Part shown: positions 41,626-50,205 of the stretch, in pieces
Position numbering within the stretch: position 1 is the stretch's first letter
Layout: every line of letters starts with the position of its first letter
Virus record (IMG/VR): IMGVR_UViG_3300028829_002760
Span: 1 to 64,000 of that record
Direction: 5' to 3' (one strand)
From: a virus
DNA: 64,000 bases
Position numbers and translations under genes: made by a program
The notes under the pieces: model-generated
What the model saw: only the letters and a program-made list of their open reading frames with translations
Databases searched by the model: none
Told to the model about the DNA's origin: nothing

Positions 41626-41849
41626 ACGGACATAAAGAGTTCCTATTAACTATGGTGGTTAGGTGTGGAAACACATCTGATCACTACCTAAAACAGATTA
41701 CTCTTCGTTCGTTTTCAGACACAGAATGTTCCTATTTAACTATAGACAAAAAAGAAATACATTCCGTCTGATTTTTTAAACACAAAGAGACATAGAAAGT
41801 TCCTATTTTAAACCAAGATAGAAAAAATACTTTCCGTCTTTTTGTGTTT
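41626..41849 (+). ncRNA. Array of three homologous structured RNA units (GAC-AYA-6 bp stem-UCCUAUU...-C-GUY)
   Basis: Units 41626-41712, 41715-41771, 41778-41849; compensatory stems AAGAGT/ACTCTT, GAATGT/ACATTC, GAAAGT/ACTTTC. Confidence 0.8.
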
Positions 41850-41953
41850 TGTTAAAGTACCATTCCAACTTCCCAAGGGTTGGCAGTTTATACTGAGTAC
41901 TGAGGGGCAAACACTTATTTATACATTTATTTATACACTTAAAACAAGAACTT

Positions 41954-43744
41954 ATGAAAGAGATCTTATTGTTCGGCAAAGCACTGAACACAAAAAACGT
42001 TAGTCCAATCACTGTGAATGAATTGGCAATTAGTAAAGGGTATGTAGTTGACCCTGAATGTTGTAATCAAAGAGTTGTAGACTTTTTAAATAGCATTCCA
42101 AATAATTACAATACTACTTTTTATGCATCTGTTGCAAATGTTGTAGCAAAAGATAGAGTTGAATTACTTATGGATCAGCTTTTACACTATGCATCTACGT
42201 ATGGTACTGAATATGCAGGTCAAGTATTTGTTGTTAATGAAAACTTTGGTGTTATTGATGAACCTACAATTGATTTTAATGATTGTAAAGTTATTAAACC
42301 TATTACTCGAACAGAGATTGGTATCAAAGTGCAAGATATGCTTGCTTCTGGTATTGCTCTAAAAAGTGATACACTTGACAATTTATTTAGTCTTATTGAA
42401 GAATACAATTTTCAAATTGATATCAATGTTGTTAAAAACATTGAAGCCAAGATGAAATTGTACTCAATACTTAACATTCTACCTAGTACAGCAGATGAAT
42501 TTGTTAGATATATGGTTTATCAGATTACTGAAGATACTCTTTTAATCAAAAACGATGAGATGATTAATAAAATTGCTCTTCAATCCCATAATCAAGTACA
42601 TATGATTAATATCAATGAACAAATGATAAAATTTGGATTAGAAGAACTATCTAGTGTCTTCTTTAGATACAAACCACTATTTCTTGCATTGAGAAAACAA
42701 GGTGTTATGATGCGTAGAATTACTAACAAGTTGAGAAAGCTTGCTAATAAGCATCACAAACCATTTGTTCCAGGTTATTGGGAAACTATTCTTAGTAAAA
42801 CGAATTTTAATGTTCAAGAACTTATGTCTAAGGTTAAATCTATATCTAACTTTAAGTTAGTAAGATTGATTAAGGCAATTGATGTTAATTCATCAGGTTC
42901 AGACAAAAGATTCTTTTTAATTAGAAATGGTAAGACTTTTATTAAGGAAAATAACAATATCGAAATTCCTTCTGGTCAATTATGGATGAGAGAAATCTTT
43001 ATGCAATCTCTTATTAATAATTTAAAAGAAAAGAACTTAGGTAGAGTTAAACTTTCTACTAATATTAGACTTGCAATACCTACTTCAGAGAAGACATATG
43101 TTGGTAATATTCCATTTGGTAGCTATATCATTCCTTCAAAAAGTAATTCTATTTTTGGAATTAACTGGTTTGGAGAAGATGGAGCTCAAGATTTGGATTT
43201 ATCATACATGAGTCTTGATGGTAATAAGATTGGATGGAACAGTAATTATTATACTGAAAGCAATTCTATTGTTTACTCTGGAGATATGACATCTGCTAGA
43301 CCTGAAGCTTGTGAATATATGTTTTGTAAGGAAGGACTTCGAGATGGTGTTATTTATGTTAATGCATACCATGCACAACCTAACTCTAAATACAGATTCT
43401 TCACTGGTAAAACTGATGATGATTTTACTGTAAGTAGTGAGACTCCATCTGAAGATATGATAGACTTTTCTTCACCAATGGAAATTACAGGTGAAAGCTG
43501 TGTTGGTTTTTATGTAGATGGTCGTATCTATTTCTCTGATCTTAATCAGGGTAATAGCCGTGTGAGTAATGCTAATACAAGAGTACTTGATACAATTAAA
43601 CATTTTATATCTACTAAAGATTCTTTTGTTTATTGGGATGAAATACTAACTCTTGCGGGTTGCAAGATAGTTGTTGATAATGAGGAGTGTGATGTTGATC
43701 TTAGTGACGGAGACGTTTCTACTATGATATCACTCTTATCATAA
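41954..43744 (+). CDS. Large helical protein with C-terminal TerD-like domain
   Basis: 596 aa; QLLHYASTYG N-terminal motif; GINW..DLDLS..IGW..VYSGDMTSA..E.. pattern of TerD/TerE-like fold. Confidence 0.65.
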   Translation: MKEILLFGKALNTKNVSPITVNELAISKGYVVDPECCNQRVVDFLNSIPNNYNTTFYASVANVVAKDRVELLMDQLLHYASTYGTEYAGQVFVVNENFGVIDEPTIDFNDCKVIKPITRTEIGIKVQDMLASGIALKSDTLDNLFSLIEEYNFQIDINVVKNIEAKMKLYSILNILPSTADEFVRYMVYQITEDTLLIKNDEMINKIALQSHNQVHMININEQMIKFGLEELSSVFFRYKPLFLALRKQGVMMRRITNKLRKLANKHHKPFVPGYWETILSKTNFNVQELMSKVKSISNFKLVRLIKAIDVNSSGSDKRFFLIRNGKTFIKENNNIEIPSGQLWMREIFMQSLINNLKEKNLGRVKLSTNIRLAIPTSEKTYVGNIPFGSYIIPSKSNSIFGINWFGEDGAQDLDLSYMSLDGNKIGWNSNYYTESNSIVYSGDMTSARPEACEYMFCKEGLRDGVIYVNAYHAQPNSKYRFFTGKTDDDFTVSSETPSEDMIDFSSPMEITGESCVGFYVDGRIYFSDLNQGNSRVSNANTRVLDTIKHFISTKDSFVYWDEILTLAGCKIVVDNEECDVDLSDGDVSTMISLLS

Positions 43745-43751
43745 TACTACT

Positions 43752-43779
43752 GAGCAGGATGTAAAAGTCCTGCTCTTTT
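43752..43779 (+). terminator. Intrinsic terminator
   Basis: GAGCAGGA-tgtaaaag-TCCTGCTC followed by TTTT. Confidence 0.75.
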
Positions 43780-43826
43780 AAACTTATTTATTTACTTATT
43801 TATATACTTATTAAAAACTTAAAAAA

Positions 43827-44312
43827 ATGGCAAAAGAATTAGCAATTATTGTTGATGTAGATGGTACATTGGCAGACATGAGAGGTATTAGAGGACCTTT
43901 TGAGTGGGACAAAGTCCACCTTGATAAACCTCATCAAGATGTTATTGACCTTGTTAAAGATTTAGCAGGTGTTGAAGAGATTGATCAATTAAAATATTTT
44001 GATGATGGAACGTCTGGAGAGCGGTTTACAAAAATACCTAAATATAAAATCATCATTACTACAGGTAGAGATGGTGTTTGTGAAGAAGCAACTAGAAAAT
44101 GGTTGAAAGATAATGGAGTATGCTTTTATGATTTTTATATCAGAAAAGCAGGTGACTTTAGGAAAGATAACATCATTAAGTCTGAGATCTATATGGATCA
44201 TATCAGACCTAAGTATGATGTTAAGTTTGTCATTGATGACAGAGACCAGGTTGTTGAGATGTGGAGGTCATTAGGTCTACGTGTCTTACAAGTAGCACCA
44301 GGAAACTTTTAA
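43827..44312 (+). CDS. HAD phosphatase, T4 PNKP (PseT) 3'-phosphatase-like, no kinase domain
   Basis: DVDGTLA, TTGR, D..IK and IDDR..VVEMWRSLG motifs. Confidence 0.85.
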   Translation: MAKELAIIVDVDGTLADMRGIRGPFEWDKVHLDKPHQDVIDLVKDLAGVEEIDQLKYFDDGTSGERFTKIPKYKIIITTGRDGVCEEATRKWLKDNGVCFYDFYIRKAGDFRKDNIIKSEIYMDHIRPKYDVKFVIDDRDQVVEMWRSLGLRVLQVAPGNF

Positions 44313-44366
44313 GCTTAGGGTAGTGATTGTAAACCTTTCACTACCCTTTTTATAAATTAATTTAAC

Positions 44367-45209
44367 ATGATTACAATGGAAAAAATTACATTTTTAGCAG
44401 CAAAAGATTTATATGACCAGCAGTATAAATTTATAATAGAGCAAAATACAGATTACCAAAAATTACAATTTTATCAAGGTTCAGTATATAGTTTTAATTA
44501 TACAACTAAAAAAGAAACAGATACTCATATTTATTGGAGCACATCTAATAAAAAACCAATGCTTGAGAATGATAAATTGTTTTTTAAACATAAAAACATA
44601 GAAGGTGCTTCTTATGACAAAGAAACTAAGAAGATTAAAATATGGTTTGGTAAAAAGTTTAATCATATTGACTCTATTATGTCAAGTGATATATTAAAAA
44701 CTTTAGTGCCGTGGTATGAAGTAAATACTAATTTAGATTTTATGAATGGAAATCATAATAGTTATCTTAATATGATGACTAATGAAATACTCAATAAAAT
44801 GGTTAAAGGTACTATTAAAGATACTAAAGGTATTATAGATGCATTTTGTAAGTATAGTCCTTATCGTAACTTTAATTTAAATACTAAAAAAATAGAATTT
44901 ATTATAAATAATTCATCAGGTTATTGGAATATTAGAAATTTTAAATTAATATTTTTAGCATCAAAGGAGCCCAATGATGTGATTAACTATATTCATAAAA
45001 ACCTAAATACACACTACGTAAAATTAGATGAGTTAATTAACATATCTAGAGTAGCTTTGTCTATAGGACAGAATATTGACATTAATTGGAGCCATGAAGA
45101 ATTAGTTGAAAATAAAATGAAAATGTTAGATTGTAGACAAGAATTAAAGAGAATACATAATGGTTTATTAGGTCTTCATTCTGAAGAGGTAGAGGATTTA
45201 CCATTTTAA
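44367..45209 (+). CDS. Hypothetical protein
   Basis: 280 aa ending EDLPF. Confidence 0.6.
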   Translation: MITMEKITFLAAKDLYDQQYKFIIEQNTDYQKLQFYQGSVYSFNYTTKKETDTHIYWSTSNKKPMLENDKLFFKHKNIEGASYDKETKKIKIWFGKKFNHIDSIMSSDILKTLVPWYEVNTNLDFMNGNHNSYLNMMTNEILNKMVKGTIKDTKGIIDAFCKYSPYRNFNLNTKKIEFIINNSSGYWNIRNFKLIFLASKEPNDVINYIHKNLNTHYVKLDELINISRVALSIGQNIDINWSHEELVENKMKMLDCRQELKRIHNGLLGLHSEEVEDLPF

Positions 45210-45219
45210 ATTTTGAATT

Positions 45220-45444
45220 ATGGCCGAGAAATTGAAAACAATAGCATGTGTCTTAGGCTTCAACTTAAATTTAAATATTTATGGTATGGACGGAGAGATT
45301 ATTAAGTCTGGGATATGTAAAACTATATATCCTGAGACTTACCGCGAACCTAGTAGTGTTAGATTAGTTGACAAAAAGTGGTTTAATTCTTTTAATCAAG
45401 ATCTCTTGGATAAAATAAGAGATTATCAACATCTTAACAGTTAA
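45220..45444 (+). CDS. Hypothetical protein
   Basis: 74 aa ORF in operon. Confidence 0.55.
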   Translation: MAEKLKTIACVLGFNLNLNIYGMDGEIIKSGICKTIYPETYREPSSVRLVDKKWFNSFNQDLLDKIRDYQHLNS

Positions 45445-45446
45445 AT

Positions 45447-45869
45447 ATGAAAGTTCAAGTAAATTATGAAGATACTGATGTATCTCAAGTATTAGGAAGT
45501 ATTATTAAACATGAAAATAAAGATGAATTTATAAAACTAATTACACCAATGATTTGTAGTAGTAGTAGTGCTGCTACACAGTTATTTAGATTGCTAATAA
45601 GTGGAAATAAATTACCAGATGTAATTTCAAAAGGAACAATTTGTAAGATTCATATTGACAATTTAGGATATGGAGCTAACAAAAGATTAGTACAGAAAAA
45701 GTATGCTGATGCAGATGATAATATAATAGTTAGGGTACACCAATTTAGAGGATATCATGAATATGCAAATTATGAAATACTTTATAATAATGTAAACACA
45801 GACGACAGTGTAACAGAAGAAAAAACATATGTATCTTTTGATAATATAACTGTTGTTGAAGAATTTTAA
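45447..45869 (+). CDS. Hypothetical protein
   Basis: 140 aa ORF followed by hairpin at about 45904-45938. Confidence 0.6.
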   Translation: MKVQVNYEDTDVSQVLGSIIKHENKDEFIKLITPMICSSSSAATQLFRLLISGNKLPDVISKGTICKIHIDNLGYGANKRLVQKKYADADDNIIVRVHQFRGYHEYANYEILYNNVNTDDSVTEEKTYVSFDNITVVEEF

Positions 45870-46029
45870 TGTAGTATATCTGCGATATGCTTTTCCTGTA
45901 AAGTGAAAAGAGGGGGGATGAATTTCTCCCCTTTTTCATTGTTAGCTATATATTATTAAATATTATTTATTTAGTTTAAATGTTTTGCTTTAAATGTTTT
46001 ATTTTTATCTAAATATTTATTTACCTAAA

Positions 46030-46284
46030 ATGTTGTATCAACTTCCAAGTGGAAAAGTAGTTTATTTAAGTGTAGAAGAATTTCTAGACTTAACAGATGA
46101 AGATGAGCAATATTTAATGTCTTTAGACTATGGTGATTATATAGTAAATCCTTTTAGTGGATCTGCAATACAAAAAAATACTAAAGAAAAGTATTATGAT
46201 TTTGGGTATATAAACCCAGATGATACAGAAGATAATATGTCAGATAAAGGTGACATAGATTTCCAGAATGATATGGATACATAG
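46030..46284 (+). CDS. Acidic hypothetical protein (start probably MLYQLP at 46030)
   Basis: Acidic ORF; upstream part of the tracked ORF is AT-rich leader-like sequence. Confidence 0.55.
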   Translation: MLYQLPSGKVVYLSVEEFLDLTDEDEQYLMSLDYGDYIVNPFSGSAIQKNTKEKYYDFGYINPDDTEDNMSDKGDIDFQNDMDT

Positions 46285-46392
46285 TTTATAGTTGCAAATA
46301 TAAACTATCACTTATTCTTAAATGAGTTGCTAAGAATAGAGTACAGAGAACTCAAACAATCAATTATTTATTTATTTATTAAAAATTAAGTT

Positions 46393-46878
46393 ATGAACTC
46401 AAAAATCACAGTATTAGCTGATGAGGCAACAGGAACTGTTGTAAATGTATCACAAAACAACCCTGATTACGGATATATCCGTGTTCAGCAAATTAGAACC
46501 ATGATTGATGATAATGGTTTCTTACGTAGAAAACCAGTATCTGCATTAATCCCAGGAACTGTTGATGAATTAAAAGCAACAGGTTTCTTTGCCAATCAAC
46601 AATTAGATGGTAAAATAGTAGTGGAAGAATCATTAGAGCCATTTAATGATAAAGAACCTACTAGAGATCTTAAAGTTGCTGGTGAAACTGGTATTGTATG
46701 TACTTTAGGAGGATTACCAATCTACCGAAGAACAAAAATGAGCTTTGATGGTACATCTGCTGATACTTTAGTTAAGCACGATAACATTGAAGAATTGCGT
46801 CAAGCATATCAAAATGCTTCTAAAGCAAATTCAGATGTTTTGAAAGAAGCTGGTAAGAATACAGAATTTAGTGTATAA
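46393..46878 (+). CDS. Hypothetical protein, possible OB-fold ssDNA-binding
   Basis: 161 aa beta-rich; own terminator at about 46903-46929. Confidence 0.4.
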   Translation: MNSKITVLADEATGTVVNVSQNNPDYGYIRVQQIRTMIDDNGFLRRKPVSALIPGTVDELKATGFFANQQLDGKIVVEESLEPFNDKEPTRDLKVAGETGIVCTLGGLPIYRRTKMSFDGTSADTLVKHDNIEELRQAYQNASKANSDVLKEAGKNTEFSV

Positions 46879-46951
46879 TCACTAATTCTTTATGAGAAGG
46901 TTAAAAGGGGGATGTAATGTCCCCCTTTTATTATTTATGAATTAAAATTGT

Positions 46952-47443
46952 ATGATTAAAATGGGAAATTTACAAGAGCAGATTAAAAAATATCAATTGC
47001 AAAAAGGTAAAACTTATATGCAATATGAACAAGACAAGTATTCTAAATATCAAAATTATTTGTATAAAAGAGCTTTATATGGAATTAACAGTCTTTCTAA
47101 AGAAGAAGTGACTAAAATGTGTGAAAGAAAAAAGAGAAGAATTAATAGTGTTCATTATAGAGCACAAGGTGTACTTAACATTGCAAAGCAAAAAATTAGT
47201 ATTAACTACACAAACAAGTTCTTTAAAACTTTTTTTCCAGATTCTAATATTACAAATGATATTATATCGTATAACGAAGTTGATAAAAACTTCAAAAACA
47301 AGTTAACTTTTAAAGATTTAAACTTGTCAAAAGACGATATAATTAGTATATTTATTGGTGAAGGAATACTACCAAAAAACTTTTTAAGTTTAAAAGATCA
47401 ACCTATAAGTTTACCAAGTTTAAAAAATGAAAGTAAAGCTTAA
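46952..47443 (+). CDS. Hypothetical protein
   Basis: 163 aa ORF. Confidence 0.6.
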   Translation: MIKMGNLQEQIKKYQLQKGKTYMQYEQDKYSKYQNYLYKRALYGINSLSKEEVTKMCERKKRRINSVHYRAQGVLNIAKQKISINYTNKFFKTFFPDSNITNDIISYNEVDKNFKNKLTFKDLNLSKDDIISIFIGEGILPKNFLSLKDQPISLPSLKNESKA

Positions 47444-47837
47444 AGAATGTGATGGTTGTCAAAAGATGACTGTCATATGGAAGAACCATGAGGGATTTAG
47501 ATACTGTAAGTATTGCTGGAGTTGCCATTCTAGTAACAAAAAGTCACAGAAACCAATTAAATCTGTTACCAGAATCCCTCGGGTTTCTTCTAAAAGGAAG
47601 AAGAAAGATCAAGAATATCTTAGATTAAGAGAGAAATATTTAAAAAAAAATCACTTATGTACTGTAAATGTTAAAGGTTGTGCCAATGGTGCAACTGATA
47701 TACATCATACATATGCTGGTAGTAATAGAGAAGCATTTTATTTAGTTCAAAGCACCTGGTTACCAGTGTGTAGGAATTGTCATGATTGGATTCATGCAAA
47801 TCCTAAAGATGCTAGAATTATGAAATGGTTAAAATAG
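47427..47837 (+). CDS. HNH-type nuclease with N-terminal Zn finger
   Basis: CxxC..CxxC; C..C..ATDIHH...CRNCHDWIH. Confidence 0.7.
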   Translation: MKVKLKECDGCQKMTVIWKNHEGFRYCKYCWSCHSSNKKSQKPIKSVTRIPRVSSKRKKKDQEYLRLREKYLKKNHLCTVNVKGCANGATDIHHTYAGSNREAFYLVQSTWLPVCRNCHDWIHANPKDARIMKWLK

Positions 47838-47843
47838 ATTATT

Positions 47844-48941
47844 ATGACAAAAGACGAAGTACAAATAAAAGCCCTTAAAGCAACAGATAATAAACAAAGA
47901 TGTGGAATAGTATTAGGTACTGGTGTTGGTAAAACTTTAGTAGGACTTAATCACATTGAAAACAATACTACATCTTTAATGAAGTGTTTAATTGTAGCAC
48001 CCAAAAAGTCAATAATCCAATCTTGGATAGATGAAGCGGGTAAATTTAATAAAGAACACTTACTAAAAAGAATGACATTTAGTACTTATTTAAGTATTAA
48101 TAAACATGATCCAAATAATTATGATGCTGTTTACTTAGATGAATGTCATAGCTTATTAGATAATCATAGAGGGTTTTTACAACTCTACAAAGGTAAAATA
48201 CTTGGTTTAACTGGTACACCACCTAAAAGAATTTATTCTGAAAAAGGTAAGTTAGTTAATGAATTTTGCCCTATAGTATTTACTTTCAAAGCAGATGATG
48301 CTATTGAAAATAATATACTTAATGATTATCAAATCATTGTACACCAAATAAATCTATCATCAGAAAAGAATTATTGTGTTAAAATGAAAAACAGAAAATC
48401 TTGGATGACTACTGAAGAACAAAATTATACTTATTGGTCACGAAGAATTGATGTTGGATCGGGAAATATGCATATGCTCAGAGTAATGAGAATGAAAGCA
48501 ATGATGGAGTATCCAAGTAAAGAAAAATATACTAAAATTTTACTTAGGAATATTCCTACAAAATGTATTGTATTTGCAAATACTCAAGAACAAGCTGATA
48601 AATTATGTAGTCATAGTTATCACAGTAATAATTCTGATTCAGAAGAAAATCTTATTGCATTTAAGGAAGATAAAATAGATAAATTATCTTGTGTATTACA
48701 ATTAAGTGAAGGTGTAAACATCCCAAATCTTAAGCAAGGTATTATTTTACATTCATATGGTAATGAGAGAAAAGCAAGTCAAAGGATTGGTAGACTTCTA
48801 AGATTAAACCCTAATGATAAAGCTATTGTGCATATATTATGTTATATGAATACAATAGATGAAAAATGGGTTAAAGATGCCTTAGAAGGGTTTGACCAGT
48901 CTAAAATTTTATGGAAAGATTATAAGGTAGGCTTAAGCTAA
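47844..48941 (+). CDS. Superfamily 2 DExH helicase
   Basis: GTGVGKT, DECH, GLTGT, EGVNIP and QRIGRLLR motifs. Confidence 0.9.
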   Translation: MTKDEVQIKALKATDNKQRCGIVLGTGVGKTLVGLNHIENNTTSLMKCLIVAPKKSIIQSWIDEAGKFNKEHLLKRMTFSTYLSINKHDPNNYDAVYLDECHSLLDNHRGFLQLYKGKILGLTGTPPKRIYSEKGKLVNEFCPIVFTFKADDAIENNILNDYQIIVHQINLSSEKNYCVKMKNRKSWMTTEEQNYTYWSRRIDVGSGNMHMLRVMRMKAMMEYPSKEKYTKILLRNIPTKCIVFANTQEQADKLCSHSYHSNNSDSEENLIAFKEDKIDKLSCVLQLSEGVNIPNLKQGIILHSYGNERKASQRIGRLLRLNPNDKAIVHILCYMNTIDEKWVKDALEGFDQSKILWKDYKVGLS

Positions 48942-48970
48942 CCTTATAATTTTTTATTATATTATAGTAT

Positions 48971-49225
48971 ATGATTAATGAAAAAACACACAAATTAGTA
49001 TTATTTAATGATGACATGCATGATTTTGCATATGTTACAGCATCTTTAATAAAATACTGTGATCATACAAATTTACAAGCCGAACAATGCGTAGTTATAG
49101 CAGATGGAGTTGGTAATTGTACAGTTAAAGAAGGTAGTTTTTTAGATATGATGGAAATTAAAACCAGTCTAGAAAGATTAGAATTGATAACAGAAATTGA
49201 AGATCATGAAAGTTATATGTATTAA
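48971..49225 (+). CDS. clpS: ClpS adaptor protein
   Basis: LVLFNDDMHDFAYV..L..C..QAEQC..G.C.VK.G. Confidence 0.8.
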   Translation: MINEKTHKLVLFNDDMHDFAYVTASLIKYCDHTNLQAEQCVVIADGVGNCTVKEGSFLDMMEIKTSLERLELITEIEDHESYMY

Positions 49226-49514
49226 TTCACAAGGTAAACCTGATAATATATCATTTAATGAATGGATCCAAGAAGGTGCCGTTTATACAGTATATCAAAT
49301 AGATAAAATGGGTTTACAACATGGTAAAATAGGTTTTAAATTAGAAGAAATAGAACTCACAGATGAATCATTTCCTTATGAGTTTTATGATGCTGAAAGA
49401 TTTAAACCTGTCACTCCCGAAATTTTAGAAACACTAAAACAAATGTTTGACTCTTTAACAGAATTAGAACAAACTGATTTTGGAGAAGAAGATGCAGATT
49501 TAAATAAAATATGA
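49197..49514 (+). CDS. Hypothetical protein
   Basis: KVICIN..WIQEG.VYTV..AERF motif common in Bacteroidota phages. Confidence 0.55.
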   Translation: MKIMKVICINSQGKPDNISFNEWIQEGAVYTVYQIDKMGLQHGKIGFKLEEIELTDESFPYEFYDAERFKPVTPEILETLKQMFDSLTELEQTDFGEEDADLNKI

Positions 49515-49960
49515 GAGATTATACTATTGAAGAAGTAGTTAAATCTTTATCAGAAATCAAGAAAAAATCCAGAAAAAGAGTATTAGTAGACCAAAGAAGT
49601 TATTTAATTGGCATTCTTGTACACAGATTTCGTCTTACAGAACATAATGTAGCTAGATTAACTGGTTATAATAGAGATACAATCCATTATAATAAAAAAT
49701 TACCTATAAGATTGTGTTCTGATTCTATATATAAATCAAACGTATGTATTTTTGCAAATTTATATCCGTTTGATTTTGAAATATATTCAAAAACTCTAGA
49801 AGAAGAGAAAGAATTAAAAAAAAATATAAGTGTATCTCTAGTAATAGATGCTAAAACTTATAAAAGACTAAAATCTGCTGGATGGTTGAGAGGACATAAA
49901 GATGTAAGAACTACAATTAAACAATTAATTGATAAAACATTAAGAGTATGGGACGAATGA
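49511..49960 (+). CDS. HTH protein resembling DnaA C-terminal domain
   Basis: SRKRVLVDQR...VARLTGYNRDTIHY. Confidence 0.5.
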   Translation: MRDYTIEEVVKSLSEIKKKSRKRVLVDQRSYLIGILVHRFRLTEHNVARLTGYNRDTIHYNKKLPIRLCSDSIYKSNVCIFANLYPFDFEIYSKTLEEEKELKKNISVSLVIDAKTYKRLKSAGWLRGHKDVRTTIKQLIDKTLRVWDE

Positions 49961-50205
49961 AAGAATTGTATATAAAAATATTAGAAGCAAATAATGATAA
50001 ATTACCATATAATTTGACCTTATCAGATGTTTCTAAAATGAAAGAATTAGATATTTACGAATGGTATGCATATAATAAAGCTATTTCTAAAGAAAGTAGT
50101 TTTCATATAAAAGACAAATTTGAAGTTTATATAAATGAAGATTCAATAAAAATTAGAAAAGATCATGAATCTAATTTAAGAAGAAAAAATGAGTCTGGTT
50201 ACTAA
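49948..50205 (+). CDS. Hypothetical protein
   Basis: 85 aa overlapping neighbours. Confidence 0.55.
   Translation: MGRMKELYIKILEANNDKLPYNLTLSDVSKMKELDIYEWYAYNKAISKESSFHIKDKFEVYINEDSIKIRKDHESNLRRKNESGY

Noticed and set aside
41626-41849. CRISPR mini-array
   Set aside because: Repeats are conserved in structure rather than sequence, enclose the variable part within a stem, and no cas operon is present; the PD-(D/E)XK gene is a common phage exonuclease
41626-41849. tRNA genes or canonical Y RNA
   Set aside because: GTTCCTATT resembles a T-loop but no cloverleaf forms; the bulged C is on the 3' strand, the opposite arrangement to Y RNA
41890-41912. Hammerhead ribozyme core
   Set aside because: CTGAG occurs but the CUGANGA...GAAA core with flanking stems is not satisfied
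41803-42012. 69-aa minus ORF over the RNA array
   Set aside because: Low-complexity shadow overlapping the structured array and the start of the 596-aa gene
48919-48950. Fifth copy of the GCTAACC early motif
   Set aside because: Lies within an inverted repeat (ATTATAAGGT..ACCTTATAAT) at the helicase stop and lacks the flanking consensus
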